A stretch of 63,563 nt of DNA, the filler included. It is 8 parts of 8 records of this genome, joined end to end, with 100 filler letters (N's around TTAATTAATTAA, not from the genome) between each part and the next. Parts side by side here need not be neighbours in the genome. Positions count along the whole stretch, not along the records: positions 23,929 to 30,468 come from SRR31147125_10143; positions 30,569 to 37,676 come from SRR31147125_10171; positions 37,777 to 46,074 come from SRR31147125_10192; 5 more parts are not named here. The stretch is one strand, 5' to 3'. The position numbers were made by a program, and so were the translations under genes. The notes under the pieces were generated by a model. That model was not told the DNA's origin, did not search any database, and was given only the letters and a program-made list of their open reading frames with translations. Within the stretch, counting starts at the first letter, position 1. The number at the start of each line of letters is the position of its first letter. Positions 30,387 through 41,969 of this stretch are shown piece by piece.

Positions 30387-30468
30387 ATCATCGGAACAAT
30401 TTAATCATTTTATTTGTATCAATTTTGTTCTATTATATAACAAACAATAATCGGAGCAGCTATGAAAA

Positions 30469-30568
30469 NNNNNNNNNNNNNNNNNNNNNNNNNNNNNNNN
30501 NNNNNNNNNNNNTTAATTAATTAANNNNNNNNNNNNNNNNNNNNNNNNNNNNNNNNNNNNNNNNNNNN
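30469..30568. other. Artificial contig linker
   Basis: N44-TTAATTAATTAA-N44. Confidence 0.99.
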
Positions 30569-31464
30569 AAAAATACTTTGTAACAGAAGCATGTGAATAT
30601 GTTCAAAGTTTTTTAAAACTTTCGCCTACTCACATTTTGCTTAACAATATTGATGATGATCATTTGGATTGTTATAGAGATATAGACCATATTGTAAGTA
30701 CGTTTAGAAAATTTGTAAACAGTATGCCCAAGGATGGTAAGCTGTTTTTAAGCAGAGATGATGAGCTTGCGTACAGCTTAAAAGATTGTGATTATGATCG
30801 TGTTGAATACGGCATTAAAGATGATTTTGGATATAGTGTAGCTGATGTTAAGTATTCTGATGATGGTTTTCCTAGTTTTGATGTTGTAAAGGATGGCGAG
30901 ACTATTGGTAACATAGAGCTTTCTGTTGTTGGCGGATACAATATGGCAAATGCACTTAGCGCTTTTGCTGTTTGTCGTGAAGTTTTTGGTGTAGATATTG
31001 AAACTGCGGCGGAGGCTTTATATGAATATAATCTTGTTGGCAGAAGATTTGAGTTTATGGGTGAAAAAAACGGTATAAGATTTGTGCATGATTATGCGCA
31101 TCATCCAAATGAGATATCGGCTTGCCTTGATGGTGCGTCAAAATATCCGCATAAAAAGCTATGGGTTGTTTTTCAATGTAATTCTTATACAAGAGCAAAA
31201 ACATTAAAAGATAAGTATGCACTTTGCTTTGGTGATGCAGATTGTGTTATTGTGCCGGATATTTACCCTGGAAGAGACATAGATAAAGGTGAGATTCACG
31301 CAACGGATTTGGTAGAGGCTATATCTAAGAACGCAGAAGAGTGCTTGTATATTGCTACGTTTGAAGAGATAAACGAATACTTAGAGAAAAATGCTAGTGA
31401 AGGCGATGTTGTGCTGACGCTTGGTTCTGGGGATGTTTACAAGCAAACAAATAAACTTTTATAG
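30569..31464 (+). CDS. murC: UDP-N-acetylmuramate--L-alanine ligase, 5'-truncated
   Basis: YFVTEACEY, NIDDDHLD, GRRFE, HDYAHHPNEI, LGSGDV. Confidence 0.9.
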
Positions 31465-31493
31465 ATAATGACTTACAAAGGATACAAGCAAAG

Positions 31494-32290
31494 ATGATTA
31501 AAAAGATATTACCGTTTATAGTGGTGCTGATACTTATTGTTTTATTGGTTAGCCTGGCGGGGGTGTTTTTTGGCAACAAAATATATGAGCATGAAAATGA
31601 GAAAAATCAACAAGTGATGTTCGCATGGGATTTAACATCTTTGTTCTTTCTTGTTCCAACACTAGTTATATGTACATTTATGGCGTTAAAGAAGAATCGT
31701 TTTGCTTTGCTATTCCTATCTGGTGTTTTGCTATATGTGGTGTACCATTTTATGTTCTACAGCTTTGGGTTACGCTTTAATCAAATATTTCTTTTATATT
31801 GTTGTGGGCTTGGTATGTCGTTTTACTTATTTATCTATACGTTTTTAGAATTTTATCAGATGCAGTGGGATGATTGGTTTGATGAAAATGTCAAAGTAAC
31901 AGGTTTATCAATATTTCTAATCGTTATGGGAGCATTATTTTATTCGATTTGGCTAAGCGATGCAATACCATCCTCGATAGCCGGAGTGATTCCCTCTTAT
32001 GCCCAAGATTTAGGATATCATACGAGCACGATTCATGTTATCGATTTGTGCTTAGTATTGCCGTTGTTTTTTATGGCAGCATTTTATATAAAAAAAGAAA
32101 AATTGCAGGCGTACTATTGGGCGTTAGCTCTTCGGTTTTTATAGCTTCTTTAGCGCTTTATATGACAGTAGGTGCAATTTATGAAGCCAAGTTAGGACAT
32201 CCCTTGGATGTCGAATCGTTAATAATTTTTCCTGCATTGATGCTTGGCAGTATTGTTATACTAAATGGTGTAAAAAGAAAAATACTCTAA
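31494..32290 (+). CDS. Hypothetical multi-TM membrane protein, apparent frameshift in the A7 run at 32090-32096
   Basis: ORF 31494-32144 continues as TM helices (KKRKIAGVLLGV...) in the -1 frame up to 32290. Confidence 0.7.
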
Positions 32291-32475
32291 AAGACTTTTT
32301 TTGTTTGTCTTTATGTTGTATAGTGAATATGAAGATGTAACTGGTGTGGAATAGAAAAGAACAATAAATGATGATGTTAAAATGCAAAAAAGAAAAAGTA
32401 AAATAAGCAGATAGGATTAAATACAGGATTTAGAAATGACAATTTATATCCTTAAAAATAATAATAAAATGGGAG

Positions 32476-32823
32476 ATGTATGATATGGGTAATATGGACT
32501 CGATGTTTGGATTTATAAATATTGCAATTGGATTATATGCGCTTTACTATGCAATAAAAGGGGATGGACAAATATATAATAAAAACGACTATCCTGAGGA
32601 TATTAAAGAGGATATGAACAAGCTTTTAAGAACGATTTGCTGGATAATTGGACCATTGCTTTTAGCTCAAGGTATATTGGATTACCAAGGATATTCAGAT
32701 ATTTCTATGTGGCTTATGTTACCAGTAGCACTTGTTTTAATAGGTTATATGGTAATATTCTTTAAAAAATATCATAAGAGAATCAAAGAGTATCAAGAAA
32801 GTAAGAAGAATAAATTGAAATAG
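32476..32823 (+). CDS. Small hypothetical membrane protein
   Basis: 115 aa, 3 hydrophobic segments, basic tail. Confidence 0.65.
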   Translation: MYDMGNMDSMFGFINIAIGLYALYYAIKGDGQIYNKNDYPEDIKEDMNKLLRTICWIIGPLLLAQGILDYQGYSDISMWLMLPVALVLIGYMVIFFKKYHKRIKEYQESKKNKLK

Positions 32824-32846
32824 TTTTGCGAATAAATAAAAGATGT

Positions 32847-33275
32847 TTATTTCGAGTATAAATAAACATCTTCTTTTTCGTTAGTATTCAAATCAGTTTG
32901 GGTGTGTAAATATTCGAACTGATTTTTTTTATAAAAGGATATTGCATTAAGGTTCTTTTGGTATACGCTAACGCTTAATTTATGATACTTTTGTTTTACA
33001 TGATCCAAAAGTTTTGTTCCAATACCACTATTTTGGTATTGCTTTTTTATAAATAGTGCACCTACTGTATCTCCAGATATTATTGATATAAATCCGACAA
33101 CTGTATCATCTTTTTGATAGACAAACGTGTTGGATTGTAACAAGTATTCGTTTTTAACCTTTTCGTATGCTTTTTTCCAATAATTATCGTCTATAAAATT
33201 GTGAGCATCTAGACATCCATCAAGCCAAATACTCATAACATTATCTGTATCACTTTGTAAAAACTCTCGTATCAT
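32847..33275 (-). CDS. GNAT N-acetyltransferase (YjaB/YiaC-like)
   Basis: AHNFI...YW, ALFI..QYQNSGIGTKLL, N.NAISFYKK. Confidence 0.88.
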   Translation of the reverse strand: MIREFLQSDTDNVMSIWLDGCLDAHNFIDDNYWKKAYEKVKNEYLLQSNTFVYQKDDTVVGFISIISGDTVGALFIKKQYQNSGIGTKLLDHVKQKYHKLSVSVYQKNLNAISFYKKNQFEYLHTQTDLNTNEKEDVYLYSK

Positions 33276-33305
33276 AACACGACCTATTTTAATGTTTTTT
33301 AAAAA

Positions 33306-34367
33306 CTAGTTAGTAAGAGCTTCTTGTCTTTCGTTAATTTTTAAAGCATCAATCATCTCATGAACATCGCCATCGATAAAGGCATCTAACTTATATAAAG
33401 TTAAATTGATTCTATGGTCGGTAACTCTTCCTTGCGGGAAGTTATAAGTTCTAATACGCTCAGATCTATCACCAGAACCAACTTGAGATTTTCTGTTTTC
33501 AGAAAGCTCTGCATCTTTTTTGGATTTTTCTAAATCATAAAGTCTTGTCTTTAAAATCTTCATCGCTTTGTCTTTGTTTTTAAGCTGAGATTTTTCGTCC
33601 TGACATGTAACAACGAGCCCTGTTGGTTCGTGGGTTATACGCACAGCTGAGTCTGTTGTATTAACGCTTTGCCCACCGTTACCGCTAGAACGATAAACGT
33701 CTATGCGCAAATCGTTTTGGCTTATAACAATATCAACATCTTCTGCCTCTGGTAATACAGCAACAGTAGCAGCAGAAGTATGGATTCTGCCTGAACTTTC
33801 TGTTTCTGGTACACGCTGAACTCTATGAACACCACTTTCAAACTTTAGTTTACCATAAACGCCTTTACCAGATATGTTTATAACAACCTCTTTTACGCCA
33901 CCTTTTTCGGTGTAGTTTGATGAAAGGTAATCCATCTTAAAGCCTTCACGCTCGGTGAACCTGGTATACATTCTTAATAAGTCTGCTCCAAAAAGTGCGG
34001 CTTCGTCCCCGCCTGTTCCTGCTCTTATCTCTAACACAGCATTTTTTTCATCATTAGGATCTTTTGGAATCAGTAAGATTTTAAGCTCATCTACCAAAGA
34101 TGAAAGCTGAGAAGAAAGCTCTTTTTCCTCTTCTTTAGCAAGCTCAAGCATCTCCTTGTCGTCTTCCATTTCAATGATTTCTTTAGCATCTTCGTGCTCT
34201 GATTTTAATTTTTTGTACATCTCATATTTTTCAACTACTTCTTCTATAGATGACTGCTCTTTCATCAAACTTTTGTATCTGTTGTTATCCGAAAAAACGT
34301 TAGGATCAGAAATCTCCACGGATAATTCATCATATCTTTTTTTAATGCCATCCAGTTTATCAAACAT
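33306..34367 (-). CDS. prfA: Peptide chain release factor 1
   Basis: GGQ motif, PET tripeptide, [16 protein letters not shown]. Confidence 0.97.
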   Translation of the reverse strand: MFDKLDGIKKRYDELSVEISDPNVFSDNNRYKSLMKEQSSIEEVVEKYEMYKKLKSEHEDAKEIIEMEDDKEMLELAKEEEKELSSQLSSLVDELKILLIPKDPNDEKNAVLEIRAGTGGDEAALFGADLLRMYTRFTEREGFKMDYLSSNYTEKGGVKEVVINISGKGVYGKLKFESGVHRVQRVPETESSGRIHTSAATVAVLPEAEDVDIVISQNDLRIDVYRSSGNGGQSVNTTDSAVRITHEPTGLVVTCQDEKSQLKNKDKAMKILKTRLYDLEKSKKDAELSENRKSQVGSGDRSERIRTYNFPQGRVTDHRINLTLYKLDAFIDGDVHEMIDALKINERQEALTN

Positions 34368-34450
34368 AATTATTAATTTTCCTTTTTCTTTTATATTTAA
34401 GTGTTGTATAATTATTGCATCACTTAAGGCTTTGCACTTATATACTATTG

Positions 34451-35284
34451 CTACTCTTTTGTTCCAATTACTATTCTATCAAAATCATTATAATCCGAAA
34501 AGACTTTAATTTGTTTATAACCCATCTTTTCAAAAAGACTAGAAACTATCTCGCCTTGATCAAAACCTATTTCAAGCAAAAGATGTCCGTTTGGGTTTAG
34601 CTTTTCTACGCTGTCTTTTATTATCTTTTCTATCAAATCAAGACCATCATAGCCACCTAAAAGTGCGAGTTTTGGCTCGAAATCCAACACCTTTTTATCA
34701 AGATTATCATAATCGTGCTGGTTTATATACGGTGGATTAGACACTATTATATCAAAGCTGTTATCCACATTGTCAAACAAATCACTTTGTATAAAGTTAA
34801 CATCAACACAATTATGCTCAGCATTTTTTTTGGCCATTTCTAAAGCTTTTTTACTGATATCGCTACAAGTAATATCTAGGTTTTGTTTTTGCTTTTTTAA
34901 AGTTATGCCAATACAGCCAGACCCAGTGCAAAGATCTAAAACATTCATGTCACTTTTAATCAATTGCAGAGCTATTTCGCATAATAGTTCTGTTTCGGAC
35001 CTTGGAATAAGAACATTTTTATCACAAAAAAATGTGTATCCAAAGAATTCGGTTTGACCTAAAACGTACTGTATAGGTTGTCCTTTAAGCCGTTGATTAA
35101 TAAACGTATCAACAGACTCAATATCTTGATCTGTGATTTTTCTACCTTTATTTATATATATATCATTTATGCTGATATCAAGTACATAAGATACAATAAG
35201 CTTAGATTCAATATCAGATTCAGCTAAGTCGGAAAGCTTGGATTTTGCATATCTGTATAATGAAAGAGCATCATTCTCACTCAT
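34451..35284 (-). CDS. prmC: Release factor glutamine methyltransferase
   Basis: [24 protein letters not shown]; next to prfA. Confidence 0.95.
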   Translation of the reverse strand: MSENDALSLYRYAKSKLSDLAESDIESKLIVSYVLDISINDIYINKGRKITDQDIESVDTFINQRLKGQPIQYVLGQTEFFGYTFFCDKNVLIPRSETELLCEIALQLIKSDMNVLDLCTGSGCIGITLKKQKQNLDITCSDISKKALEMAKKNAEHNCVDVNFIQSDLFDNVDNSFDIIVSNPPYINQHDYDNLDKKVLDFEPKLALLGGYDGLDLIEKIIKDSVEKLNPNGHLLLEIGFDQGEIVSSLFEKMGYKQIKVFSDYNDFDRIVIGTKE

Positions 35285-36326
35285 CTATATCTTCGCTCTC
35301 AGCTTTTACTTCTTGTGTTTCAATCTCAATTGATTCATCAGAAACATTTTCATCTTCTTGGGTTTTTACAGCTCCGTGTGAATATTCAATACGTAATTTT
35401 TCTATATCCTCATCGGTATATGTGCCCTCAACTGCTTTAAAAGCAAGAAGAGAAACTTCAACCATGCTTTCATCAGGTTCTGAAGTCGTAAGCTTTTGTA
35501 AACCCATCCCTGGAGCGCGTAAGATCTTTACAAATATATTTTCGGTTTTTGCTAATAGTTTTAAAACTTCGTACGAAACGCCAGCTACAAGTGGTAAAAA
35601 TAGCAGACGAATTAATATTCTTAAATACCAGACATCAGACCAACCAAAAAGAGAGAAGAATAAAATTGCTACAACCATAACTATCAGCATAAAGCTTGTT
35701 CCACATCTTGGGTTTAGCGTAGTCATGCTCATTGAATTTTTAACATCCAAATCTTTTTCATGCTCATAGCAGTTTATTACCTTGTGCTCTGCACCATGAA
35801 ACATAAATAGCCTTTTTACATCCTCTAAAAAGCTTATTGCAATGATATAGCCGATAAATATCGTTATACGAATAAGACCCTCGATCAGGTTTTTTAGAAC
35901 ACTTGACTCAACGCTTTTTGCGACTAAGCCGGTTAAAAAATTAGGCAAAATAAAGAATAAAACAACAGAAAAACCAATAGCTAAAACAACCGCAAAGAAC
36001 ATCATAACGTCCATTGAGGATTTTCCTGTTTTCTTAGCTATGTATTCTTCAAATTTACTAGGCTTAGTATCTTCGCTTTCACCTTCAAATATTTCAACAG
36101 CATCAGTAATTGTTCCAACACCCATAAACATGGTCTCGACAAAAGCGACAATGCCACGTATAACAGGCAAACCATAAAACTTATTCTTCTTGGTTTTAGA
36201 AACGAAGTTGGATTGTTTTAAAATGATTTCGCCAGATTTCTTTCTTACGCCAAGTGCAGTTTTTTGCTCACCGCGCATCATAACGCCTTCTAAAACGCCT
36301 TGTCCGCCAATTTTACATACACGCAT
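35277..36326 (-). CDS. DUF1385 (YqhQ) membrane protein
   Basis: GGQGVLEGVMM, HGAEHK, RCGTSF, LQKLTTSEP. Confidence 0.92.
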   Translation of the reverse strand: MRVCKIGGQGVLEGVMMRGEQKTALGVRKKSGEIILKQSNFVSKTKKNKFYGLPVIRGIVAFVETMFMGVGTITDAVEIFEGESEDTKPSKFEEYIAKKTGKSSMDVMMFFAVVLAIGFSVVLFFILPNFLTGLVAKSVESSVLKNLIEGLIRITIFIGYIIAISFLEDVKRLFMFHGAEHKVINCYEHEKDLDVKNSMSMTTLNPRCGTSFMLIVMVVAILFFSLFGWSDVWYLRILIRLLFLPLVAGVSYEVLKLLAKTENIFVKILRAPGMGLQKLTTSEPDESMVEVSLLAFKAVEGTYTDEDIEKLRIEYSHGAVKTQEDENVSDESIEIETQEVKAESEDIDE

Positions 36327-36528
36327 AATATATATTATGTCCTTTCATGCTGCTATAAATTTTATAAAAATGATATTTAAAACTTTATTTAGGTTTTATT
36401 TATAAAACGAAAAAAACCGAAACAACTTAAAATCAGTAAAGTCGCCTTCGGTCTTTTAGCTCTTTAAAACAAATGCAAAAAAATCACGAATAATGACTTT
36501 TTTGAAACCCAATAATACATCAGTTTTT

Positions 36529-36726
36529 TTATTGACCATATCTCTTTTTGAAGCGATCAACACGTCCGCCTGTATCAACGAGTTTTTGCTTACCTGTAAA
36601 GAATGGATGACAAGCAGAACAGATTTCAACCTTCATTTCTTTTTTAGTAGAACCAGTTGTAAAAACGTTACCACATGCACATTTAACTTCACATTGATGA
36701 TATTCTGGATGTATATCCTTTTTCAT
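36529..36726 (-). CDS. rpmE: 50S ribosomal protein L31 (zinc-ribbon type)
   Basis: MKKDIHPEY...CACG...[13 protein letters not shown]...GRVDRF. Confidence 0.97.
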   Translation of the reverse strand: MKKDIHPEYHQCEVKCACGNVFTTGSTKKEMKVEICSACHPFFTGKQKLVDTGGRVDRFKKRYGQ

Positions 36727-37143
36727 TTTTCTCACCTCTATCAATATTAATATATTGTCTGTACAATATTTTTATAAACGTTATTTAGTGCGCAAAATGC
36801 ATCTATAAAAGCCTGCACACAAAAACAGCAACCTTTAGTCGCAACAATGATTATAACATAGTCAATAAAAAAAGCAATACTTTTTTATGTAAAACAAAAT
36901 ATAAAGGGCTATTAAACAGATATTAGCAAAATTGTTTACTATCGGTTCATATTTATATTTTTAAATTATGATACAATATGCCTTGTTTAAGTTTAAAAAC
37001 ACTAATTGTTTAAATTTTTTGTTCCGATTAGCGCTTCTAAATTTAAGACAAAATATATTACATTTCGAGGAGATTCAAAGTGAGAAACTCTATTTTTATT
37101 TTGATTTATGCCATAAATGTTAATAATAGTTACAGTGAAAGGA

Positions 37144-37676
37144 ATGGATTATAGTATGTCTTTTTTAAAACGAGAGGTGCCAAGACATTTTACGATTGGC
37201 GAGGAGATTGCTAATGCGGTTTCGCATTGTGTAGGGGCACTTTTGGCGATTGTAGCTATGGTGCTTTTAATAGTAAAAGGTGCATCTGATAGTAGAGGTG
37301 CATTATATATTGTAAGTGTGGCAATATATACTTTTTCTGTGTTCTTTTTGTTTTTAAACTCAACCCTTTATCACGCGCTTGTACCAGAAAAAGCAAAAGA
37401 TGTGTACAGAAGGTTTGATCATTTATCCATATATCTTATGATAGCGGCAACATACATGCCACTTTGTCTTGTAAGTGTAGGAGGAACATTGGGTATTGCA
37501 CTATGCTGTATCCAGTTTGTTTTAGCAATAGTAGGTATTGTGTTTAAGTCTATATGGGTTGATAAGCTTGTTTTTGTTCACACCATTATCTTTGTGGTTA
37601 TGGGTTGGATGGCAATGTTTATTGTAAAACCATTAACAGTAGAAATTGGAACTACAGGGCTTTGGCTTTTGCTTGG
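37144..37676 (+). CDS. Hemolysin III / PAQR family membrane protein, 3'-truncated
   Basis: EEIANAVSH, STLYH, RRFDHLSIYLMIAATY. Confidence 0.9.
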
Positions 37677-37776
37677 NNNNNNNNNNNNNNNNNNNNNNNN
37701 NNNNNNNNNNNNNNNNNNNNTTAATTAATTAANNNNNNNNNNNNNNNNNNNNNNNNNNNNNNNNNNNNNNNNNNNN
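37677..37776. other. Artificial contig linker
   Basis: N44-TTAATTAATTAA-N44. Confidence 0.99.
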
Positions 37777-37832
37777 GGGGCGACGCAAGCCCCTATAATA
37801 GACCCTCTAAACAATAATATTTGAGGTATTAG

Positions 37833-38477
37833 ATGGGTTTATTTAGATGTATTCGTGAAGATATTAAGATGGTCAAGCAGAGAGATCCTGCTTCTAGAAA
37901 TGCTGTAGAGATAATGCTCTGTTATCCTGGCTTAAAGGCCATGTGTATGTATAGAATTGCTCATTGGTTCTGGGAGATACGTTTTAAGCTTGTAGCCAGA
38001 TTGATTTCAGAGATGGCCAGATGGTTTACAGGTGTTGAAATCCATCCAGGAGCAAAGATTGGCCGTCGTTTCTTCATTGATCATGGTATGGGTGTTGTAA
38101 TAGGTGAGACAACCGAAGTTCATGATGATGTGACCATATATCAGGGAGTGACTTTAGGTGGAACAAGCTGGAGCAAGGGTAAGCGTCACCCAACATTGGA
38201 ATCGCATGTTGTCGTAGGGGCTAATGCAAGCGTTTTGGGACCAATTGTAATAGGTAGGGAGAGTAAGATAGGGACAGGTTCGGTAGTTATTCATGAAGTC
38301 CCTCCTCATTCAACAGTTGTTGGAATCCCTGGAAAGGTTGTTCATAGGAAAGAGCCACTCACAGAAGAGGCGAGGCTGCAAGATGATCTTGCTCATGGAA
38401 CACTGCCAGATCCATATGGGGATGCTCTAAGAGGCTTGAATGAAAGGGTTGCCAAGCTAGAAGAGAGACTTAAATAA
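37833..38477 (+). CDS. cysE: Serine O-acetyltransferase
   Basis: [33 protein letters not shown]; hexapeptide repeats. Confidence 0.95.
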   Translation: MGLFRCIREDIKMVKQRDPASRNAVEIMLCYPGLKAMCMYRIAHWFWEIRFKLVARLISEMARWFTGVEIHPGAKIGRRFFIDHGMGVVIGETTEVHDDVTIYQGVTLGGTSWSKGKRHPTLESHVVVGANASVLGPIVIGRESKIGTGSVVIHEVPPHSTVVGIPGKVVHRKEPLTEEARLQDDLAHGTLPDPYGDALRGLNERVAKLEERLK

Positions 38478-38560
38478 TACTTTAAAGGTAATGCTTTTAA
38501 AGTGTATAGATAAAACACTATAAAATAGAGCATGCAATCATGCTCTATTTGTTGTTAATA

Positions 38561-38633
38561 GTCATTCCAGTCTATGAGCTGGAATCCAGCAGATAAGATT
38601 TTTATATGGATCCCGGACTAAATCCGGGATGAC
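38561..38633. repeat. REP-like palindrome pair (GTCAT...ATGAC family)
   Basis: GTCATTCCAG..CTGGAATCCA, spacer, TGGATCCCGGA..TCCGGGATGAC. Confidence 0.8.
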
Positions 38634-38672
38634 TAGCGTGTATAGGTTACATAAGTAAAATTATGCGAAGTT

Positions 38673-39746
38673 ATGATTGATAAAACAAAAAAAATAGCAG
38701 TGGCGATGTCGGGTGGGCTCGATAGCTCAGTTGCGGCTCTTCTTTTGAAGAAAGCCGGATATGATGTTACGGGAGTTAATCTCCATCTTTGGAGTTGCTT
38801 CACTGAAGGCAGTAAGAAGACCTGTTGCAGTCCAAAGGATCGAGATGATGCTCGTAAGGTGTGTGAGGCTCTTGAGATACCATTTGCGACAATAGATATG
38901 CGTGAGGGGTTTAAAGAGAAGGTCATTGTTCCTTTTGTAGAGGAGTATTCAAAAGGCCGTACGCCAAATCCCTGTATACGATGTAATACAATTGTGAAGT
39001 TCTCTGCCATGATCGACTGGGTGGAGAAAAACCTCGGTATCAATCGTCTAGCGACTGGCCACTATGCAAGAATAGCAAGAGACGATAAAGGTGTACATCT
39101 TCTCAAAGGTCTAGATGCTAAAAAAGATCAGACCTATTTCCTTTTCGATATTTTGCCATCAACACTTGAAAAGATTGAATTTCCGCTCGGTGGATATAAG
39201 AAAACTGATATACGAGAGATTGCAAAAGAAGCAAATTTGCCTGTAGCAAAGAAAGCTGAATCGCAGGAAGTCTGCTTTATTCCGGATAATGATGTCGCTG
39301 CGTTTATTGAAGACTACTATCCAGATTTTGCCAAGCCATCTGGTATTTTTGTCGATGCGCATGGAAAGAAATTAGGTGACCATCGTGGGACTCATGCCTA
39401 TACCATTGGTCAGCGGCGTGGACTAGGTATCGGTTTTGGTAAACGCAAATATGTTACAGAGATAAGGCCTAAGAGTGGTGAAGTTGTTTTGGGTGATGAT
39501 GCAGATCTTTTTGAAAGCGAAATGAAAGTCTCTTCACTTAATATGATCGAAAATTGTGGTAGTGAGTTTAAAGCAGATGTTAAGGTTAGATATAAAAGTG
39601 ATCCGATTCCTGCTCTTGTTAATATTCTTGATAATGATACAGCCAAGGTGAAATTTGATAAACCTGTAAGGGCAATAGCTCCAGGGCAAGCTGCAGTTTT
39701 CTATGATGGTGATGTCGTTATTGGTGGTGGTTGGATAGATGGTTAA
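38673..39746 (+). CDS. mnmA: tRNA 2-thiouridine(34) synthase
   Basis: SGGLDS PP-loop, TPNPCIRCN, ATGHYAR, KDQTYFL, SQEVCF, PGQAAVFY. Confidence 0.96.
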   Translation: MIDKTKKIAVAMSGGLDSSVAALLLKKAGYDVTGVNLHLWSCFTEGSKKTCCSPKDRDDARKVCEALEIPFATIDMREGFKEKVIVPFVEEYSKGRTPNPCIRCNTIVKFSAMIDWVEKNLGINRLATGHYARIARDDKGVHLLKGLDAKKDQTYFLFDILPSTLEKIEFPLGGYKKTDIREIAKEANLPVAKKAESQEVCFIPDNDVAAFIEDYYPDFAKPSGIFVDAHGKKLGDHRGTHAYTIGQRRGLGIGFGKRKYVTEIRPKSGEVVLGDDADLFESEMKVSSLNMIENCGSEFKADVKVRYKSDPIPALVNILDNDTAKVKFDKPVRAIAPGQAAVFYDGDVVIGGGWIDG

Positions 39747-41019
39747 TTCTATAGAAAAACAAAAAGTCGCGTTCTACACTTTAGGTTGTAAGGCCAATCA
39801 GGCCGATACAGATGATCTTAAAAGAATGTTTTTATCGAATGGTTTTGAGATTGCTTCTTATAAAGAAAATGCCGATATCTATTTCATAAATACCTGCACA
39901 GTAACTGCAAAAGCCTCTAATCAATCCAAACAAGCTGTTCGGAAGTTTTGCAGAAATCATCCTGAATCTAAAATTATTGTCATAGGTTGTGATGTTGAAT
40001 TTAACCGTAAACAATTGCTCGAGATAGAAGGTGTTGAGCTTGTTGTTGGTAACAAAGAAAGAGAAAAAATTGAATTTTGGGTAAAAGCTAATTCTAAATT
40101 GACGGACAAAGAATCTAGTGAGAACGCTAGCTTTGACAAAACGCGTTCAAGGCCGTTTGTAAGAATTCAAGATGGCTGCGAAAATTTTTGCAGTTACTGT
40201 ATTATTCCTTTCACTAGGGGTGGATATAAGAGCGTAGATTCAAAGATGGTCATCAATACAATAGATGACATTTCAAAAGAAGGTTACTTCGAAGTTGTTT
40301 TGACTGGAATTCATATAGGGATGTATGGGGTAGATTTCGATAAGAGCTATAGGCTTGTTGATCTGCTCGAAGATGTTTTAACCCAGACAGATGTTGGAAG
40401 AATAAGACTTTCTTCATTAGAGCCTGATGAAATAGATGACGAATTACTAAGCCTGATGAGCAGAAGTCATGGAAGGATTGCACCTCATCTTCATATTCCT
40501 CTGCAAAGTGGATCTGATAAAATTCTTAAATTAATGAAGAGAAAATATTCCACTAGTTATTATAAAGATTTAATCGAGAATATTGTTAAGTCTATTCCCA
40601 ATTGTTCGATAGGAGCTGATGTTATTACAGGTTTTCCTGGTGAGTCTGATGAGGACTTCAAAAACGCCTACGATTTTATTTCCTCGCTGCCATTATCTTA
40701 TCTTCATGTATTTACGTATTCGGATCGAGAGGGAACTAAATCTTTTGCAATGCCTGATAAGATACAGGGATCTGATAAAAAAAGAAGAACCAATTTATTG
40801 CGCGAATTGTCCTATAATAAGCGTAGAGCCTACTTAGAAAGGCAGTTAGGTAAAAAAGTAACGGTTATTTTTGACAAAAACAGAGTAAATGGGTATTGGA
40901 AAGGTTGCTCAGAGAACTATATTACTGTTTTGGTAAAAGATGGGCCCGAGAAGAGAGTTCCCTATCAGGTTAGGTTGGACGAAATTTCAGGCGAGTCTAT
41001 GATAGGAGTTCTTACTTAA
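39739..41019 (+). CDS. mtaB: tRNA t6A37 methylthiotransferase
   Basis: TLGCKAN, INTCTVT, radical SAM QDGCENFCSYC, HVFTYS.R.GT. Confidence 0.92.
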   Translation: MVNSIEKQKVAFYTLGCKANQADTDDLKRMFLSNGFEIASYKENADIYFINTCTVTAKASNQSKQAVRKFCRNHPESKIIVIGCDVEFNRKQLLEIEGVELVVGNKEREKIEFWVKANSKLTDKESSENASFDKTRSRPFVRIQDGCENFCSYCIIPFTRGGYKSVDSKMVINTIDDISKEGYFEVVLTGIHIGMYGVDFDKSYRLVDLLEDVLTQTDVGRIRLSSLEPDEIDDELLSLMSRSHGRIAPHLHIPLQSGSDKILKLMKRKYSTSYYKDLIENIVKSIPNCSIGADVITGFPGESDEDFKNAYDFISSLPLSYLHVFTYSDREGTKSFAMPDKIQGSDKKRRTNLLRELSYNKRRAYLERQLGKKVTVIFDKNRVNGYWKGCSENYITVLVKDGPEKRVPYQVRLDEISGESMIGVLT

Positions 41020-41100
41020 TTTGTGCCGAAGCCTTGGTATGTTGGTGTGATGTTACACTCCAATATTCTAATTCCTCGGCACCTCAAAATAGAGGTGTTT

Positions 41101-41820
41101 ATGAAACTTGATTCCGATCAGAAAAAACGTCTAAAAGAATTTGAAAAGAAGATGGGATATTCCTTTCGTAAAAGAGAGTATCTCTTTAGGGCATTAACGC
41201 ATAAGTCCTATGCGAATGAAAAAAATCTTCCTCAGAAAGATAACAATGAAAGATACGAGTTCCTGGGTGATGCAGTTTTAGAGCTTTCGATTAGTCACAT
41301 TCTGATCGAAAATTTTCCCGAGTTTCCAGAGGGTGAACTTTCAAAGATTAGAGCGGCAGTTGTGAATGAGAATCAGTTAGCAGTGGTAGCAAAGTTGATT
41401 GCATTGGGTGAATATTTGAATTTGGGAAAGGGTGAAGATATGACAGGTGGTCGCGAAAAGGCCTCCTTGCTTTCCGATGCATACGAAGCTGTGCTCGGTG
41501 CTATCTATCTCGACCGTGGTTTTAGTAAGGCAAAAAAAGTCGTCTTAAAGCATTTCAAAGATATGCTAAAAGGCGCTGGTAAAAAAGGCTTCTATAAGGA
41601 TTATAAAACTAAACTGCAGGAAGTCTCTCAGTCCAAGTTTAAAACAATTCCGAAGTATAAACTGGTTAAAGAATTTGGACCAGATCATAGAAAAACTTTT
41701 GAAGTTAATCTCTATATTGGAACTGAACTCTTCGGAGTTGGAGTTGGTCATAGTAAAAAACTAGCAGAACAACATGCTGCAAAAGCAGCATTGCAAAAAA
41801 TTGAAGGAAACGGGGAGTAA
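41101..41820 (+). CDS. rnc: Ribonuclease III
   Basis: NERYEFLGDAVL, DAYEAVLGAIYLD, C-terminal dsRBD; RBS GAGGTG before ATG 41101. Confidence 0.96.
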   Translation: MKLDSDQKKRLKEFEKKMGYSFRKREYLFRALTHKSYANEKNLPQKDNNERYEFLGDAVLELSISHILIENFPEFPEGELSKIRAAVVNENQLAVVAKLIALGEYLNLGKGEDMTGGREKASLLSDAYEAVLGAIYLDRGFSKAKKVVLKHFKDMLKGAGKKGFYKDYKTKLQEVSQSKFKTIPKYKLVKEFGPDHRKTFEVNLYIGTELFGVGVGHSKKLAEQHAAKAALQKIEGNGE

Positions 41821-41829
41821 ACTAATTAT

Positions 41830-41950
41830 GTCATCCCTGCATAGGCAGGGATCTAGGGAATATTGTTAAACTGGATCGCCGCGCCTTAAAAGGCTCGTGA
41901 TAACATCACTTGTTGTCATTGCGAGGAGCTTTAGCGATGTGGCAATCCAG
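41830..41950. repeat. Cluster of three REP-like palindromes
   Basis: GTCATCCCTGC..GCAGGGATCTAG; CTGGATCGCCGCG..CTCGTGATAAC; GTCATTGCGAGG..GTGGCAATCCAG. Confidence 0.75.
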
Positions 41951-41969
41951 AAACGTCAGGTGAATATTT

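Noticed and set aside
30314..30520. 68-aa ORF MKIFAIDSNP...
   Set aside because: It just translates the ATTGACTCAA repeat array and runs into the N linker; the likelier start is ATG 30462 after GGAG.
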